64,000 nt of DNA, from positions 248,001 through 312,000 of the forward strand of contig QPGO01000021.1 in assembly GCA_008632985.1 (NCBI GenBank), given 5' to 3'. Every line of letters begins with the position of its first letter. The first letter of the stretch is position 1. Below the pieces are notes generated by a model. The model was given only the letters and a program-made list of their open reading frames with translations. It was not told the origin of the DNA and made no database searches. Positions 1 through 11,900 of this stretch are shown here, piece after piece. A program made the translations under genes and the position numbers. The DNA comes from Psammoneis japonica. Its lineage: Eukaryota.

Positions 1-1
1 G

Positions 2-340
2 GCAAAGAAGATTCCTGACCAAAGCTTGGATTTTGTATACATTGATGCTCGCCATGATTATTGCGGCGTCAAGGAAGACATTGAAGCTTTCTATCCAAAG
101 CTTCGACCAGGTGGTATATTGGCAGGTCACGATTTCTTGGACGCAGATGAAGTCAAGAAGATAACTCCGCAACAAGATTGGTCACTTTGTATGAACGGAA
201 CTGTCAACCAATTAGCCGTCAAGGGGGCCGTGGAGGAATTTGCCTATCAAAATGGACTGGTTACGTCGGTCATGTACGATGATGGTAACTGGCCGAGCTG
301 GATGCTTCAAAAGCCCACGCGGCCCGAGTGCGTTAAATAG
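2..340 (+). CDS. Class I SAM-dependent methyltransferase (Methyltransf_24-like), 3' part only
   Basis: Open frame from the window edge with LDFVYIDARHDY...DIEAFYPKLRPGGILAGHDF, typical of the family C-terminus. Confidence 0.75.
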   Translation, partial: AKKIPDQSLDFVYIDARHDYCGVKEDIEAFYPKLRPGGILAGHDFLDADEVKKITPQQDWSLCMNGTVNQLAVKGAVEEFAYQNGLVTSVMYDDGNWPSWMLQKPTRPECVK

Positions 341-621
341 ATGCACGGGAAAAAGGTGGAACTTCCCTTTTTTTTCAGGATGCAGTTCAATTGGTACTAT
401 TGTTCTGCTAGCTAGAGAAGCCTGCAGATTCTTGAGCCCCGCGCCCAATCATTCTATCGCGAGGCGAACAAGGAATATCTGGAATGATGGAGTTGGGTAC
501 TACACGTAGCTTACGAACGGTCGACTAATTTTCTATTTACAGTAGCAACACCAGCACTATACAAGGTCTCGTGATTGTCGTTGCTACTTTCAGAGTTGTT
601 GGCAATACCAGCAGGTGGCTC

Positions 622-1200
622 CATTTGGAAAAAAGTTTAGGGAGGGGACTCTTTAGCCAGCAAAGGCAAAAGCAGCTCTGCTCGTTCTCATTGTCTGCTT
701 ACCTCTATGTAGGGAGTGTCCACCAAGATTGATTTGATAGAGATGGGACTGTTGGAATTCCTCGGACTTAGTTTGATGGTATCTTGCCGAATTGACCTTT
801 CTCTTCATTTCGCGCTGATGCCTCCGCGAGCCAACAGCATTTTTCAGCTAGCAAAGGCAAAAGCCGCTCTGCTCGTTCTCCATGTCTTCATGCCTTTAGG
901 GAGCATTCATCAAGATAGATTTGATAGAGAAGGCAAATGCTGGAACTCCTCCGACTTAGTACGATGGTATCTTGCCGAATTGACCTTTTTCTTCATTTTA
1001 CACTGAAGCCACCGCGACCAACAACATTTGAAAGGTTTCGGGAGGGGCATCTTTAGCTAGCAAACGCAGAAGCTGCGCTGCTCGATATCCATGGCTTCTT
1101 GCCTTTAGAGAGTATTCGTCGAGATAGATTTGATAGAGAAGGAAACTGTTGGAAACCGGAGCTTATGATGGTATCTGACCGACTTTTTTCTCATATTTTG
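622..1200. repeat. Three imperfect tandem copies of a ~190-210 bp non-coding unit
   Basis: Blocks AGCAAAGGCAAAAGC-GCTCTGCTCG, GATTTGATAGAGA and GATGGTATCT recur in the same order three times. Confidence 0.8.
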
Positions 1201-1395
1201 CTTGCTCTGTTTTCTGTTTGCCTCGCGAGCCGACACCAAATTTTTTCAAAATATATTTTTAGCCTACTTTACAAAACAGTGACGTCATGAAAACATCTTT
1301 GGACGGATCGATAGATCAGATCTTTTTTCGTTTTGTGCTGCGAGCCCATTCAACTCTCACACACTCCCGCTTTTCTTGTTATCCATAATATCACC

Positions 1396-2679
1396 ATGGC
1401 CCCGTCACTTGTCACTACGGTTGCTGGCATTCGTCTCGAAACTTGTGTTTACAATGCATCGGGACCGCGCACGGGTTCGTCGGCTGCCTTGGCGAAAATT
1501 GCAGCCTCTCGAGCCGGTGGTGTGCTAGCCAAGAGCGCAACTCTAAAAGCACAAACTGGAAATCCTCAACCACGGTGCGTATGTGAAGAGCAATGCTTTC
1601 GATATCTTTCGTCCGGCTCTTGTCTACTGACATGCCCTACCGTACATTTTGTTTATTGTTTTTGTTACTATTTTTTTGTTCAGAACTTGGCATGACACAG
1701 ACACCAACGGCGCATCGCTCAATTCAGAAGGATTACCAAATGCAGGTGTCGATTATTATATTAGCAAAGAAACGATTGAACAATCCATGGCGGATCATAC
1801 CGACAAGCCGTACATGGTGAGTATATCCGGTGCTACACTCCAAGACAATTTAGAAATGCTCGACAAGATTCTCCATGCTCGTTCCAAAGATGGCGCTCCG
1901 ATTGCCGCTGTGGAATTGAATCTCGCCTGTCCGAACGTCATTGAAAAGCCAATCATAGCTTATGATTTTGAACAAATGGATTCTGTATTGACCCAAGTGT
2001 CTGCCAAATTCAAAGGCAAGACCGCCATGGTATTGGGTGTCAAAATGCCTCCTTACTTGGACATTCCACTCTTTGAGAATGCGGCGCAAATTCTAAACAA
2101 ACACAAGGACTTGGTGGGATACGTGGCGTGCATCAACACCATTGGGAACGCCATGGCGATTGATTGGTGTCCGAAGCTCCCGTGATTGCTCCCAAGGGCG
2201 GGCTGGGTGGTTTGTCGGGACGAGCTACAAAGTACACGGCGCTGGCCAATGTCCATCAAATGAGAAAGCTGCTGGACGAATCGATTGATGTGGTGGGTGT
2301 CGGTGGTATTGAAACGGGACAAGACGTGTTTGAAATGCTATTGGCGGGTGCAAAAGCGGTCCAAGTCGGAACATGTCATTGGAAAGAGGGACCGAAGTGT
2401 TTTGATCGTATTTGCGAGGAATTAGAAGAGTTGATGTCGTCCAAGGGATACAGCTCTGTGGAGGCAGACGTGATTGGAAAACTCAAGCCATGGTCCAAAG
2501 AAGGCGCCGCCAAGTCGAGAGCAGAGCGCAAAAAGACGCAAGAGGCGGTGAAAATTACCAAGACGACCGAATCAACAAAGAACGGAGTGGATTTTTACAT
2601 GATTCTGAGTGCTGTCTTGTTTGTGGTGGTGTCGTATTTGCTAGGAGACAAGTATGGAATCTTGGAGGTAGAAGAATAA
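1396..2679 (+). CDS. pyrD: Dihydroorotate dehydrogenase, class 1A-like, with a C-terminal hydrophobic helix; intron 1575-1683; apparent 1-nt frameshift near 2165
   Basis: Motifs NASGP, KSAT, NSEGLPN, ELNLACPN, KPIIAYDFE, GVKMPPY, INTIGN, GGLSG, VGVGGI, AGAKAVQVGT; GT-AG intron keeps the frame. Confidence 0.85.
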
Positions 2680-2701
2680 TATCTATGTTTCAGAATATAG
2701 T

Positions 2702-3500
2702 TTAACGCCTCTTTCTCTTTTTACCAGTTGATAGTCCAACCTGACGTCGGTGCTGGTCGCTTAGCTTAGCACACGACATGTTGATTGCCTCGGAACTCAA
2801 AGCTTGCTTGTTTTCCTTGACAAACGAAACGACTCGGATTGGATGAGTTGCGCTAAGGTTTCGCAACGTCCACCCAATCGCCGTTGAGCAAAGCGTCGAT
2901 CATCTGCCACCAATGCAGATGCAATCTCAATCACGAATCCACATGGTTGGCCGTAATGTTGACAAAGGCAACCAATGCGGCTCGTTTCTGCCAAAGCACA
3001 TTCTCGTCACTTCGCACCCACTCTTTGAATACATTTACAATCTCTTTGCCATTTCTTCTTGTTGAATGGCTGGTCCTAAGACTCGGACGCAAAGCCAGTC
3101 CGTGGTATTCCAATCGTAAATGAAACTTTCTTGAAAGAGACCTTCAAGAATCTTCAAATCCTGTACGGTTACCACGTCAACATGGTTTTGAAGCAGCAGA
3201 ATGGCGGCGAGCTTTTGTTCGGCAATGGGTTGCCGAAAGAGTAAAAAGGCGGTTTCCTTGAAATTTTTCATTTGCTTCTTGCTTTTCTTTAGAATCAGCA
3301 TTGTTTTCTACCCAATCCTTGACGGTCGAACGAATTTCCGCCATTGGAACACCATAGAATTCAATTTCGCCCTTGAGGTATCGTTCCCACCAAGCCTTTT
3401 TGGGTGCCTGTCCCTTTGATTGTAGCGCTTGTGTAATACAATCAACATGCTCCTGAATTTCTTTGGAAGCTTTTGTAGCTTTATTGGATTTTGACGACAT
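2702..3500 (-). CDS. DNA alkylation repair enzyme (AlkD-like HEAT-repeat glycosylase family), split by several frameshifts
   Basis: Joined ORFs read WWERYLKGEIEFYGVPM...EQKLAAILLL...IYDWNTTDWLCVRVLG...LWQKRAALV...DDRRFAQ..IGWTLR and end in basic KKRKRR*. Confidence 0.72.
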
Positions 3501-3849
3501 GGCTCGAGCTGATGACGTGATTTTTCTTGCTGTACGATAGCTCAAGGATCCTGCGTTCTGCGTTTGCGGCCGACTCGCAAACTTGCGTACGAAATAACTT
3601 TGAATTATTCCCAAAGGAGAGTTTACAACTACAGGATGTCGAAGGCGCAAGGAAAGGATTGCAAGGGCCCGAACGGGAAGCATGGATGATGAGGTGTACT
3701 GTAGTGAGTATAGCGAACATGGACAAAAAATGGAAGAAAAGTTCCCTCCAACGTGACGTCACGACCCATCAAAGATCTCACCGTGATCTTGCCAAATCCA
3801 AAATCCTCCTCTTTCTTTTGTCTTCCGCATTTCGCTTCAGTACTCAACC

Positions 3850-4368
3850 ATGGCTTCTCCGTCCACCACTAAGTCTCCAGCTGTTGATGTGAAGGGCCAT
3901 TGCTATTGTGGAGCCGTCGAATTCCAAGTGACAATGAACGAGGGTGACTCCCCTTTATTTCCCCCGTGTTATTGTCACTGTGACAGTTGTCGCCGTGCTC
4001 ACGCTGCTCCACTCTATCACGTGGTTTGCCTCGACGGTGGAAAGCATTTCAAAATAACAAAGGGACAAGAGCACGTCAAGAAATTCCAGAAACCCAACAA
4101 TCCTACTTCGGGATTATTGAATCGTTGCTTTTGTGACATTTGTGGAACGAGAATTCTCAACGAGTTCAAGCCGGATTTGCCGTTCTGGCCCGACGGTACC
4201 ACCTATCCCATTGCGATTTTTCCAAACACGTTCGAGGCAAGTGTGGCGAGTAACTTGCCCGAAGTATTTCGTGCCAAGCGTCATCATGAAGCGCAAGATT
4301 GTGTCTTGGATCTTGAATTAATTTCAAAAGCAAATGCGTCTCCGGAAAAAGCAGATTGGGAAGAGTAG
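3850..4368 (+). CDS. GFA / CENP-V (Mss4-like) zinc protein
   Basis: GHCYCGAV, CYCHCDSCRR and RCFCDICGT zinc-binding motifs. Confidence 0.82.
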   Translation: MASPSTTKSPAVDVKGHCYCGAVEFQVTMNEGDSPLFPPCYCHCDSCRRAHAAPLYHVVCLDGGKHFKITKGQEHVKKFQKPNNPTSGLLNRCFCDICGTRILNEFKPDLPFWPDGTTYPIAIFPNTFEASVASNLPEVFRAKRHHEAQDCVLDLELISKANASPEKADWEE

Positions 4369-4888
4369 CGCCGTGTTCCGTGTAACCAGTTTTCGATACC
4401 AAGAGGTACACCGGTAGGGGCCCTAGAGAATTCGTCTCTATGCGTGCCAAAACATTGAAGCAGTCGCCTTAGCAATGGCTCCTACCGTACTAAAGAGTAA
4501 GAGCGGATAAACAAAGTAGTGACTCACGGCACGCGCTTTGCATACAACCTTACGAAAATCTACCTCTCCAGGCTCTGATGACTTGAATCCTTTCACCGCG
4601 TCTGCCTGTGTACATTGATTGACATAGAGAAGTTTGTTTGGAGCACTCAACCAACATGCAAAAAGGAAAATGCGATTGCATCCTCCAAGCATGTCTAACA
4701 TAAGCCGTGAATAAGTTTCAAGGCGATTCACTGTTTCTAAAACAAAATCAAATCTACGACATTTTCTTTCTAAAGATACAACAAACGAAACGTTTGTCTA
4801 AGTGGAGCCACTCAAGAAAGGGCCGCTGGTCCAAGGAATAATCTCGGCTTCAGCCAAACGCCATATGAAGGACGTTGCTCTCTCGTCT

Positions 4889-5434
4889 CTACACTCCAAA
4901 ACTGCTTCCACACCCACACGACTCTTCTGCGTTCGGATTGAAAAATTTAAAACCACCTCCAATCAATTCGTCCGAATAATCCAATTCCAGTCCATACAAG
5001 TACAACATGGACTTGGCGTCCACGACACACTTGATGTCATCATTCTTGTATTCATCGACTGCATCGTCCTCTTGAATTTCGCTTTCCGTCGAAAAGTCCA
5101 TGACATAGGACAATCCAGAGCATCCTCCGTTCCGAACACCCATGCGAAGAACCAAAGTTTCGTTGGGATCCGGTTGTTTGGCTTTTAATTCTCTCAATCT
5201 CATCATGGCCTTGGGTTGAATGTGAACCACAGCGTCTTCGGGCTCTTCAAAGTCGACTGGAGGAGCTTCTTTTTTCTCTTCCGTAGAAAATAGCTTTGAA
5301 CAAGCAGTCTTTCGCATACCCCTTGCCATGCCATGATGATGATTCACAGAAAAGGACAAGGCCGTGGGCAAGGAAACAAAGAGCAAAGCTATTCCTCCCG
5401 CAAAGAAGAATGATCGATACGTGAAATTAACCAT
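4889..5434 (-). CDS. sufA: Fe-S cluster assembly A-type carrier (SufA/IscA, HesB family), probably plastid-targeted
   Basis: LRMGVRNGGCSGLSY, LDYSDELIGGGFKFFNPNA and CGCGSSF; signal peptide followed by ALS-F, resembling the diatom ASAF motif. Confidence 0.9.
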   Translation of the reverse strand: MVNFTYRSFFFAGGIALLFVSLPTALSFSVNHHHGMARGMRKTACSKLFSTEEKKEAPPVDFEEPEDAVVHIQPKAMMRLRELKAKQPDPNETLVLRMGVRNGGCSGLSYVMDFSTESEIQEDDAVDEYKNDDIKCVVDAKSMLYLYGLELDYSDELIGGGFKFFNPNAEESCGCGSSFGV

Positions 5435-5755
5435 TTGTGTTGTGTCTTGTTTCTATCAAATCGCTTTTTCCAAAATAACGTGAAAAGCCTTGTTCCTGTC
5501 ACAAACGAAAATAATGGCGTCCTTTCAGTTCTTCTTTTTATTTTACGGCGACGGTGTCGGGACTTGCTCATGGTGTGCGTCGTTTGCTTGCTCGGTGTGT
5601 GCAACGCGTGGTTGCGTTTTGCTGACGTAAGCACCGTAAGTTGGCCGGCACATACTGACATGGTACAGAAAAAACATGTATGTAGAAATCAACTAACAAC
5701 ATGTACCAGATTTGAAATTTCAACCCTTATGTATTTTGATGACGTCTGGATGAAT

Positions 5756-5874
5756 AGGAACGACCATACAAAGAAGACAGCACCGCTTCCCGTCTGCTCA
5801 GCGAAGTTAAGCTTCTTCTGGCCCGGTTAGTACTACGGTGGGGGACCACGTTGGAATCCCGGGTGTTGTTCTTT
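5756..5874 (+). rRNA. 5S ribosomal RNA, single dispersed copy
   Basis: 119 nt AGGAACGACCATAC...GAAGTTAAGC...GGTTAGTACT...GGGGACCAC...GGAATCCCGGGTGTTGTTCTTT; 5' AGGAAC pairs with 3' GTTCTT. Confidence 0.92.
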
Positions 5875-5875
5875 T
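5872..5875 (+). terminator. RNA polymerase III oligo-T terminator of the 5S gene
   Basis: TTTT directly after the 5S closing stem. Confidence 0.55.
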
Positions 5876-6070
5876 GTTGATGTCAATGACAATGGTGTTT
5901 GTTGTTTTGTTTTGTTTTGCGTTGTTGGTTGTTGGATGACATGATGCGATTGGTGAAGTGGGGATGCTTTGGGTTCGACTGTTGCTGTGATGCTTCTCTT
6001 TTTTCATTTTTTCGACCGATTGTGCGCATCTCTGCGCGATCGCCGATCGGCGATCCACATCGTTGACACC

Positions 6071-6730
6071 ATGAGATTGCGACCGTCGTTGCTATTGGTT
6101 TTGTTTCACTTCTTGTTGGGCATAAGCAGTACATCTGGCTCTTTTTTGAACTCTATTTCCAAAACCAATCGACCCGTCCCCACGACTGTACACAAAATGT
6201 CTTATAAGCAAAAGATTCTCGACACGATCGATGAAAAGTTTGTACAGCCTGCCAAGCAGCTGGACAATCATGAGGTGGCTTATGCGGTTGGGATTGGATT
6301 CTGGAATGGACTGCTACCACTGCCAGGACTTACTGTTCCGAGCCAAATGGCGGTACTCATGGTGTTTCGATTGTTCCACAAAAGGCTCGGAATGACTCCT
6401 GTGCAATTCACACTATCCTTTGCCATGCACCTCGTTACGGGAATCTCCACCATGGAGATACTCATGATGGCACCGTATTTCAAAATGGGCAACACCTTGT
6501 CCGAATACATTCTCGAGGAAAGGACGACTTGCAGCGTGACGGAGATGTTGGACTCGATGAGTACCAATGGCCTGTTGGCGACCTTGAAACAGCTGCCCGT
6601 TTGCATACTCCTGTCTTTGGGTGCGTGGTTTCTGTCGGGGATTGTGATTGTTCCTGTCCTCTATGTCGGCACCAGACTGACATTGGCGTGGCGAGGACGT
6701 AATCAAGACGAGGCAAAGAAGCAGGATTAG
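6071..6730 (+). CDS. Hypothetical membrane protein, DUF2062-like
   Basis: Signal peptide, VAYAVGIGFWNGLLPLPGLT motif and several hydrophobic helices. Confidence 0.55.
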   Translation: MRLRPSLLLVLFHFLLGISSTSGSFLNSISKTNRPVPTTVHKMSYKQKILDTIDEKFVQPAKQLDNHEVAYAVGIGFWNGLLPLPGLTVPSQMAVLMVFRLFHKRLGMTPVQFTLSFAMHLVTGISTMEILMMAPYFKMGNTLSEYILEERTTCSVTEMLDSMSTNGLLATLKQLPVCILLSLGAWFLSGIVIVPVLYVGTRLTLAWRGRNQDEAKKQD

Positions 6731-7377
6731 GTTGTAGGAGAATAACGCTCCATTGTGTTTCTAGAGAATGCAACGTGCTGCGACTTTGGCAGTGCTCGAC
6801 TTTTTGTTTGCTTTGAAAATTGTTTTTATGGAAGGGCTAATTGAAGTGACTATCAAAGCTTTTGTACATCGCTGCCGGCTGTTGTAACGATTTGGTTTTT
6901 CTTCTGTAGTTGCCCTATTCTAGAAGTACAATCCAGATATTTTCTTCAGCTCACTCAATACGGGAGAGGCCTTTTGACGGAGCCAGTAGTTCTTCATCAC
7001 GTTCGTTCCCAATTGAAGTTGCTAGTTTCTCGATAACAGCAACGTAGCTGGAGACGCGAGAAAAATACTTTTCAAAATACGATCTGCGCAAAAGAATGCC
7101 GGTGCAGTATCGTCCTTTCGCAGCATACGGAATACATCATGTAGCGTCGAGAAAGCGAAAGAATTAGGATACCAAGCAGAAGAGTATCAGACTGCAAATG
7201 GAATTTGAAAACAAGAACGGAAACACTGATTGATAATTATTCCTTGCTTCTTCTCCTCGATCCAATAGTGTATCAGGCTTCGCAGCTAGCTGCAAGCCTC
7301 ACTTCTTGACTGACTCGTCGGGTCTCGACCGTCTCCAAGCCTGATTTTTTGATTTTTCAATAAAATCATGAAACTTG

Positions 7378-7647
7378 TCATCTCGTCACATTATCCCACT
7401 TTTGAAGCTCCTCCATGAGCAATCGTTGTTTTGCGACAATGTTTTGTTTCGATGGCGAATCCTCGCTTGTATCGGTCAATTCGCAAATGTCCGCCATGAC
7501 TTGAGAAATGCTGTCCAATGTATTGATGACGGCGCTCAATTCCGCAAGAACTCGTCCCTCTCGTTCTTGACGAGCGTCGATTCGTTGTGCTTGATGTGGT
7601 GGATTTTGCATGTCGCTCGGCGGCGGTTCTGCCGAGGAAGACGCCAT
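7378..7647 (-). CDS. Small hypothetical helical/coiled-coil protein
   Basis: 89-aa ATG-initiated ORF with plausible composition; no family recognised with confidence. Confidence 0.45.
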   Translation of the reverse strand: MASSSAEPPPSDMQNPPHQAQRIDARQEREGRVLAELSAVINTLDSISQVMADICELTDTSEDSPSKQNIVAKQRLLMEELQKWDNVTR

Positions 7648-8038
7648 GGTGTTGCGATTGTTGAGTTGCTTACATACGCGCGCGTTGCGGTCCCTGAGCG
7701 CGTCGGTCCACCGTGCGTGCAGTCAAACGGACGGACGGTGCAGAATAACGACGTCTTCGTAGCAATTGGTATATATTTCTACATACAAATCAGATCTACA
7801 CATTCTTTAGTACATTTGACTTCACTTCGCCTGTTCTATGCATGAATGCGAACTCAAAACAGCTGTTGCCAATCGCTGGTACAATTCTCACGTAGACTTC
7901 TAGTTAGTACATTTCTCGTAGAATTCTACAGAAATCGTGCCAATGCGAACCAAAGAAAAAATCTTGACCGCACTTTGCGTCTCTGTTTCGTCTCACAATC
8001 ACACAAAACAGATTCGCAAAGCAATCAATCAATCAATC

Positions 8039-8510
8039 ATGAACGCCTTTAGACCCGCCGTTGCCCGTACTGTGAAGCAAGCTACTGGACGCCGCCTTGC
8101 GTCGAGTGCTGTTCCGGTACGTGACTGACGAGAGTGTGTCTTTACGTTGACTTGTTCTTTCGCGATACGTGTTTTGCTCACGCTTTCTCTTTTTTGTTCT
8201 GCGAATTCTTTAGCCTCTCGAAAAGTACAATTTCAAAAAGGCATGGCTCTCTGATCCCTCCACATACCCCTTGATGGTGATTATGGGATGTGCTGTTACC
8301 TTTATGACTGGAATGGGAATTCACGCCTTGACTTGCTACAAGGATGTGCAGGTAGATCCACGCAAGCGCAACAGCTCGTTGCAAACGTGGGGACAACAGG
8401 ATGGACCCTCTCTCACCAAACGCGCAACTCACTGGAATAGCTGGCAAAAGCACAACCCCGAAGGTCTTGGAGTCGACCACAAGGAGTGGCTTGCATCGAA
8501 GGGCAAGTAG
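8039..8510 (+). CDS. NDUFA4/B12D-family mitochondrial protein; intron 8117-8213
   Basis: Arg-rich transit peptide, then AWLSDPSTYPL, one TM helix and YKDVQVDPRKR. Confidence 0.75.
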
Positions 8511-8543
8511 GCTGTAGGACTCTGAGAAAGAACAAAATCATTT

Positions 8544-8990
8544 CCAATCACTCGAGTAATCCTGTCTATCTAGAACTTTTGTAAAAACTGAACGCTTGAT
8601 GTCATACCTTTACTGTCTCATTCATACTATTTGAAGTACTGCTATACCGAATCCGAAAGCACACTACCAATCACTCAAGTATTTCTGTATCTAGAACGGT
8701 TGCAAGAACTGAACACTTGATATCATACCCGCCCTACTGTCTCATTCATGCTACTATCAGAAGGATCTATGCTATACTGTACCGAATCCGAAAGCGCACA
8801 CTACTTAAATACTGAACACTTGATATCGTACCTTACTATCTCATTCATACTACTAGCTAGAAGTATCTCTGCTCATACCGAATCCTAAAGCACAAGATCA
8901 TTATCATCACTCCAAGTTACTCTATCATCTAGAATCTTGTAAGAACTGAACACATGGTATCATACCTTACTGTCTCATCCTTACTATTAT
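8544..8990. repeat. About four imperfect tandem copies of a ~100-130 bp unit between convergent genes
   Basis: Recurrent ACTGAACACTTGATATCATACC, TACTGTCTCATTCAT, TACCGAATCCGAAAGC and TCTAGAA blocks. Confidence 0.8.
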
Positions 8991-8996
8991 AACTAT

Positions 8997-11900
8997 CTAT
9001 TCCTTGAGTCCACGACTGACAACTTCAAAGAGGTCGTCACTGATGGGCTTCATGGCTGCGAGTTTCTCGAGTTCGGCCTTCATGAGAGCGCCACGCTTTT
9101 CGTTGTACCGCCTCCACTGAATCATGCTTCCTGCCGTACGAGAGGAGATTTGCGGGTTCAACTTGTCCAACTCGGCAAGAATCTCACCCAAAAACTTGTA
9201 TCCCGCTCCGCTCTCGTCGTGAAAGTAGGCTGCATTCATGGTAAAGGCAGCAATAAGGGACCTACAACGGTTCGGATTGGACAGGGTAAAGTCGGGATGC
9301 TTGGTCAGGCCTTGACACGGTCCACGACATCGGGCAAGTTCGCCATGGCTTGAACACTGAACCACTTGTTGAGCACCAGAGCATCACCATTGGCATCGTT
9401 GTAGAACTTTTCAAGTGCATCATCACGTGCGGCAGCTCCCTCTCCATCCATGGAAGCCAACGCGTTCAAGCCTGCCATTTTGTCCGTCATGCCAGAAGCG
9501 GCATTGAAATGCTCCGTCGCAAGGGCAGCAGCTGCCGTTTGCTCTTCCGGTGTTTCCTTGATGCAACAGAGGTAATCCAAGAGTGTGTTTCGAAGTCTCC
9601 TTCGTCCTACAGACGTGGCGTCCACTTTGAATTCACCCTCGGCCTTCAATGCCTCTGTAAGATCATCATATTTGGCCTTGAGTTCCTTTTGGAACTTTCT
9701 AGCAATGGCCTGCTTGACGGCGCCTCGCGCCTTTCGAATCGCTACAGGATCCACGATATCCATGTCTTCTGCCAAGGTGGCTTCTCCAGGAAGCGTGAGA
9801 GCATAGGATTGGATCGAGTAATCGCTCACGTCCGTGTCCGTCAGGGTACGGCCAAACGCTCATTGACAAACTCAGCTGTTTCCTCGGACTGTTCGCCATT
9901 CATGTTTTGGAAAATGAGCGACGTGTAGAGTTTTTGTCCGGCTTCCCACTTGTTGAATCCATCCGTATCGCGGGCCGCCAAGAAGGCAAGTGCAGATTGA
10001 TCATCCGATCCAGAAGCAGACACAAGTTTGACGGGAGCCGAAAAGTCACGCAAGATAGATGGCACCACGTCTCCCTTGAGATTATCAAAGGTAAAGGTTT
10101 GTTCCGTTTCCTTGAGTTCCAAGACAGTAGTAGGCACTACTTCTTCACCCGTCGCTTTGTCAATCAAACCCACGGATACAGGAATGTGCAACGGCTGGTC
10201 ACTCTTGCTGGACTGCGACAGCGTCAACGAAAAAGGTCCCGTCATCAAACAACGACGAATACGTGACGGTTGGTGTTCCAGGAGTGGAATACCAACGAGC
10301 AAACTGGTCCAGATCCACACCGTTGGCGTCCGCCATTGCTGCACGGAAATCGTCACACGTGACCGCAGAACCATCGTGGCGTTCAAAGTAGAGATCCATG
10401 CCCTTGCGGAACCCTTCAGGGGACAAGAGTGTTTGGTACATACGAATCACCTCTATAATGATCAAGGCAAAGAAAGGTAAGGAAAAGAGATAAACAGCAG
10501 CAACGACAAATAAAAGGTGAATCGCAGTCGAATGTCAATCTTACCAGCTCCCTTGCTGTAGACAGTTGCGGTGTAAAAGTTATCCATGCTAATGTAGCTT
10601 TCTGGACGAATGGGGTGCGACATGGGTCCAGCGTCCTCGTTGAACTGACGTCCCCTCAAACCCCTGACGTCCTCGATGCGCTTCACTGCATTGGATCCCA
10701 TATCTCCGGAAAACTCCTGATCCCTAAAGACAGTCAATCCCTCCTTTAGCGTCAGCTGGAACCAATCCCGACAAGTCACGCGGTTGCCAGTCCAGTTGCT
10801 GGTATATGAAGACAAATGACGTGAATGAGCTGGTGTTCTCCATAAAATGATGTTAGGCCGTATTCTTAGGATACGCAAGAACAACTTACTGAAAGTACTC
10901 GTGTCCAATCACTCCTCGACGCCTGCGCAGAGCACAATCAGAGTAAATTTGGTTATTCGGAGCTTCTGAAATTTATTTAGAGCATTGTATTCAGAGCATG
11001 CATTTGTAAATTAGAGCACTGAGCTAACATTCAGAGAGTTGCTGCGATTATTTCCATTCAATTAGAGCATGACTCTGAATGTGTTTTGACGCGCCCCACC
11101 ATGTCCATTAATTCAGCACACTCACACCTTGAAACACTACGTCGTAATCCACGTCGGTGGCAGTATCGGATCAGCCAACACATAGGCGGTGTTGAAAACG
11201 TTGAGACCCTTTTCAGAAATTGTAGAAAGTGCACCCAGTGAGAACGATTGGCAAGAATAGCTGGATTTCCTCTCCCTGGCACAACTTACCTTATTCTCCA
11301 TTGCGCCCATATTAAAATCGTTGACAGCAACAATGTTGTAAAGATCTAAATCATACTCAAGTCCAAACTTGTCTTCATCCCACTTCATGGATCGCTTGAG
11401 ACTTTCCATAGCGTACTGGAGTTTGTTTACATTTTCTTTTCAGAAAAGATCTCCAGCTTGACATCCCGTCCCGACGTTGTCGTATATGAATCTTTGATGG
11501 ATCCCAGTTGTCCAGCGACGGCACAGAACAAATACGATGGCTTCGGGAAGGGATCCGACCACACCGCAAAATGACGGTCTCCGCTTCCTCCTTCCTCCAC
11601 AAGGTTGCCATTGGAAAGCAAGACGGGGTAACTATCCTTATCGGCCTCGATGCGGATTCTCTCAAAGACGCCATGTTGTCAGGACGATCGGGATAATACT
11701 GTGGGAATGGCAAAAAGATTGATGAGAGTCCAACACATTCAAACGATCAAGAACCAGTTTGTGGTACCTACCGTGATGCGACGGAAACCCATTGCTTCGC
11801 ATTGCGTGCAATACATGGGTCCAGACTTGTACAGTCCCGACAGCTGAGTGTTTTCCTCCGGGACAATCTCAACGACAGACTTCAGCACATTTGACCCAGA

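Noticed and set aside
7378..7647. DASH/Dam1 complex subunit assignment
   Set aside because: Only a vague resemblance in size and helical pattern; needs a profile search.
8544..8990. CRISPR-like array
   Set aside because: Units are diverged along their whole length with no constant repeat plus unique spacer, the context is eukaryotic, and no cas genes are present.
10924..11140. Longer pepN intron with repeated (T/C)AGAGCA motifs as a possible MITE or snoRNA
   Set aside because: No clear terminal inverted repeats, target duplication or box motifs that I can support.
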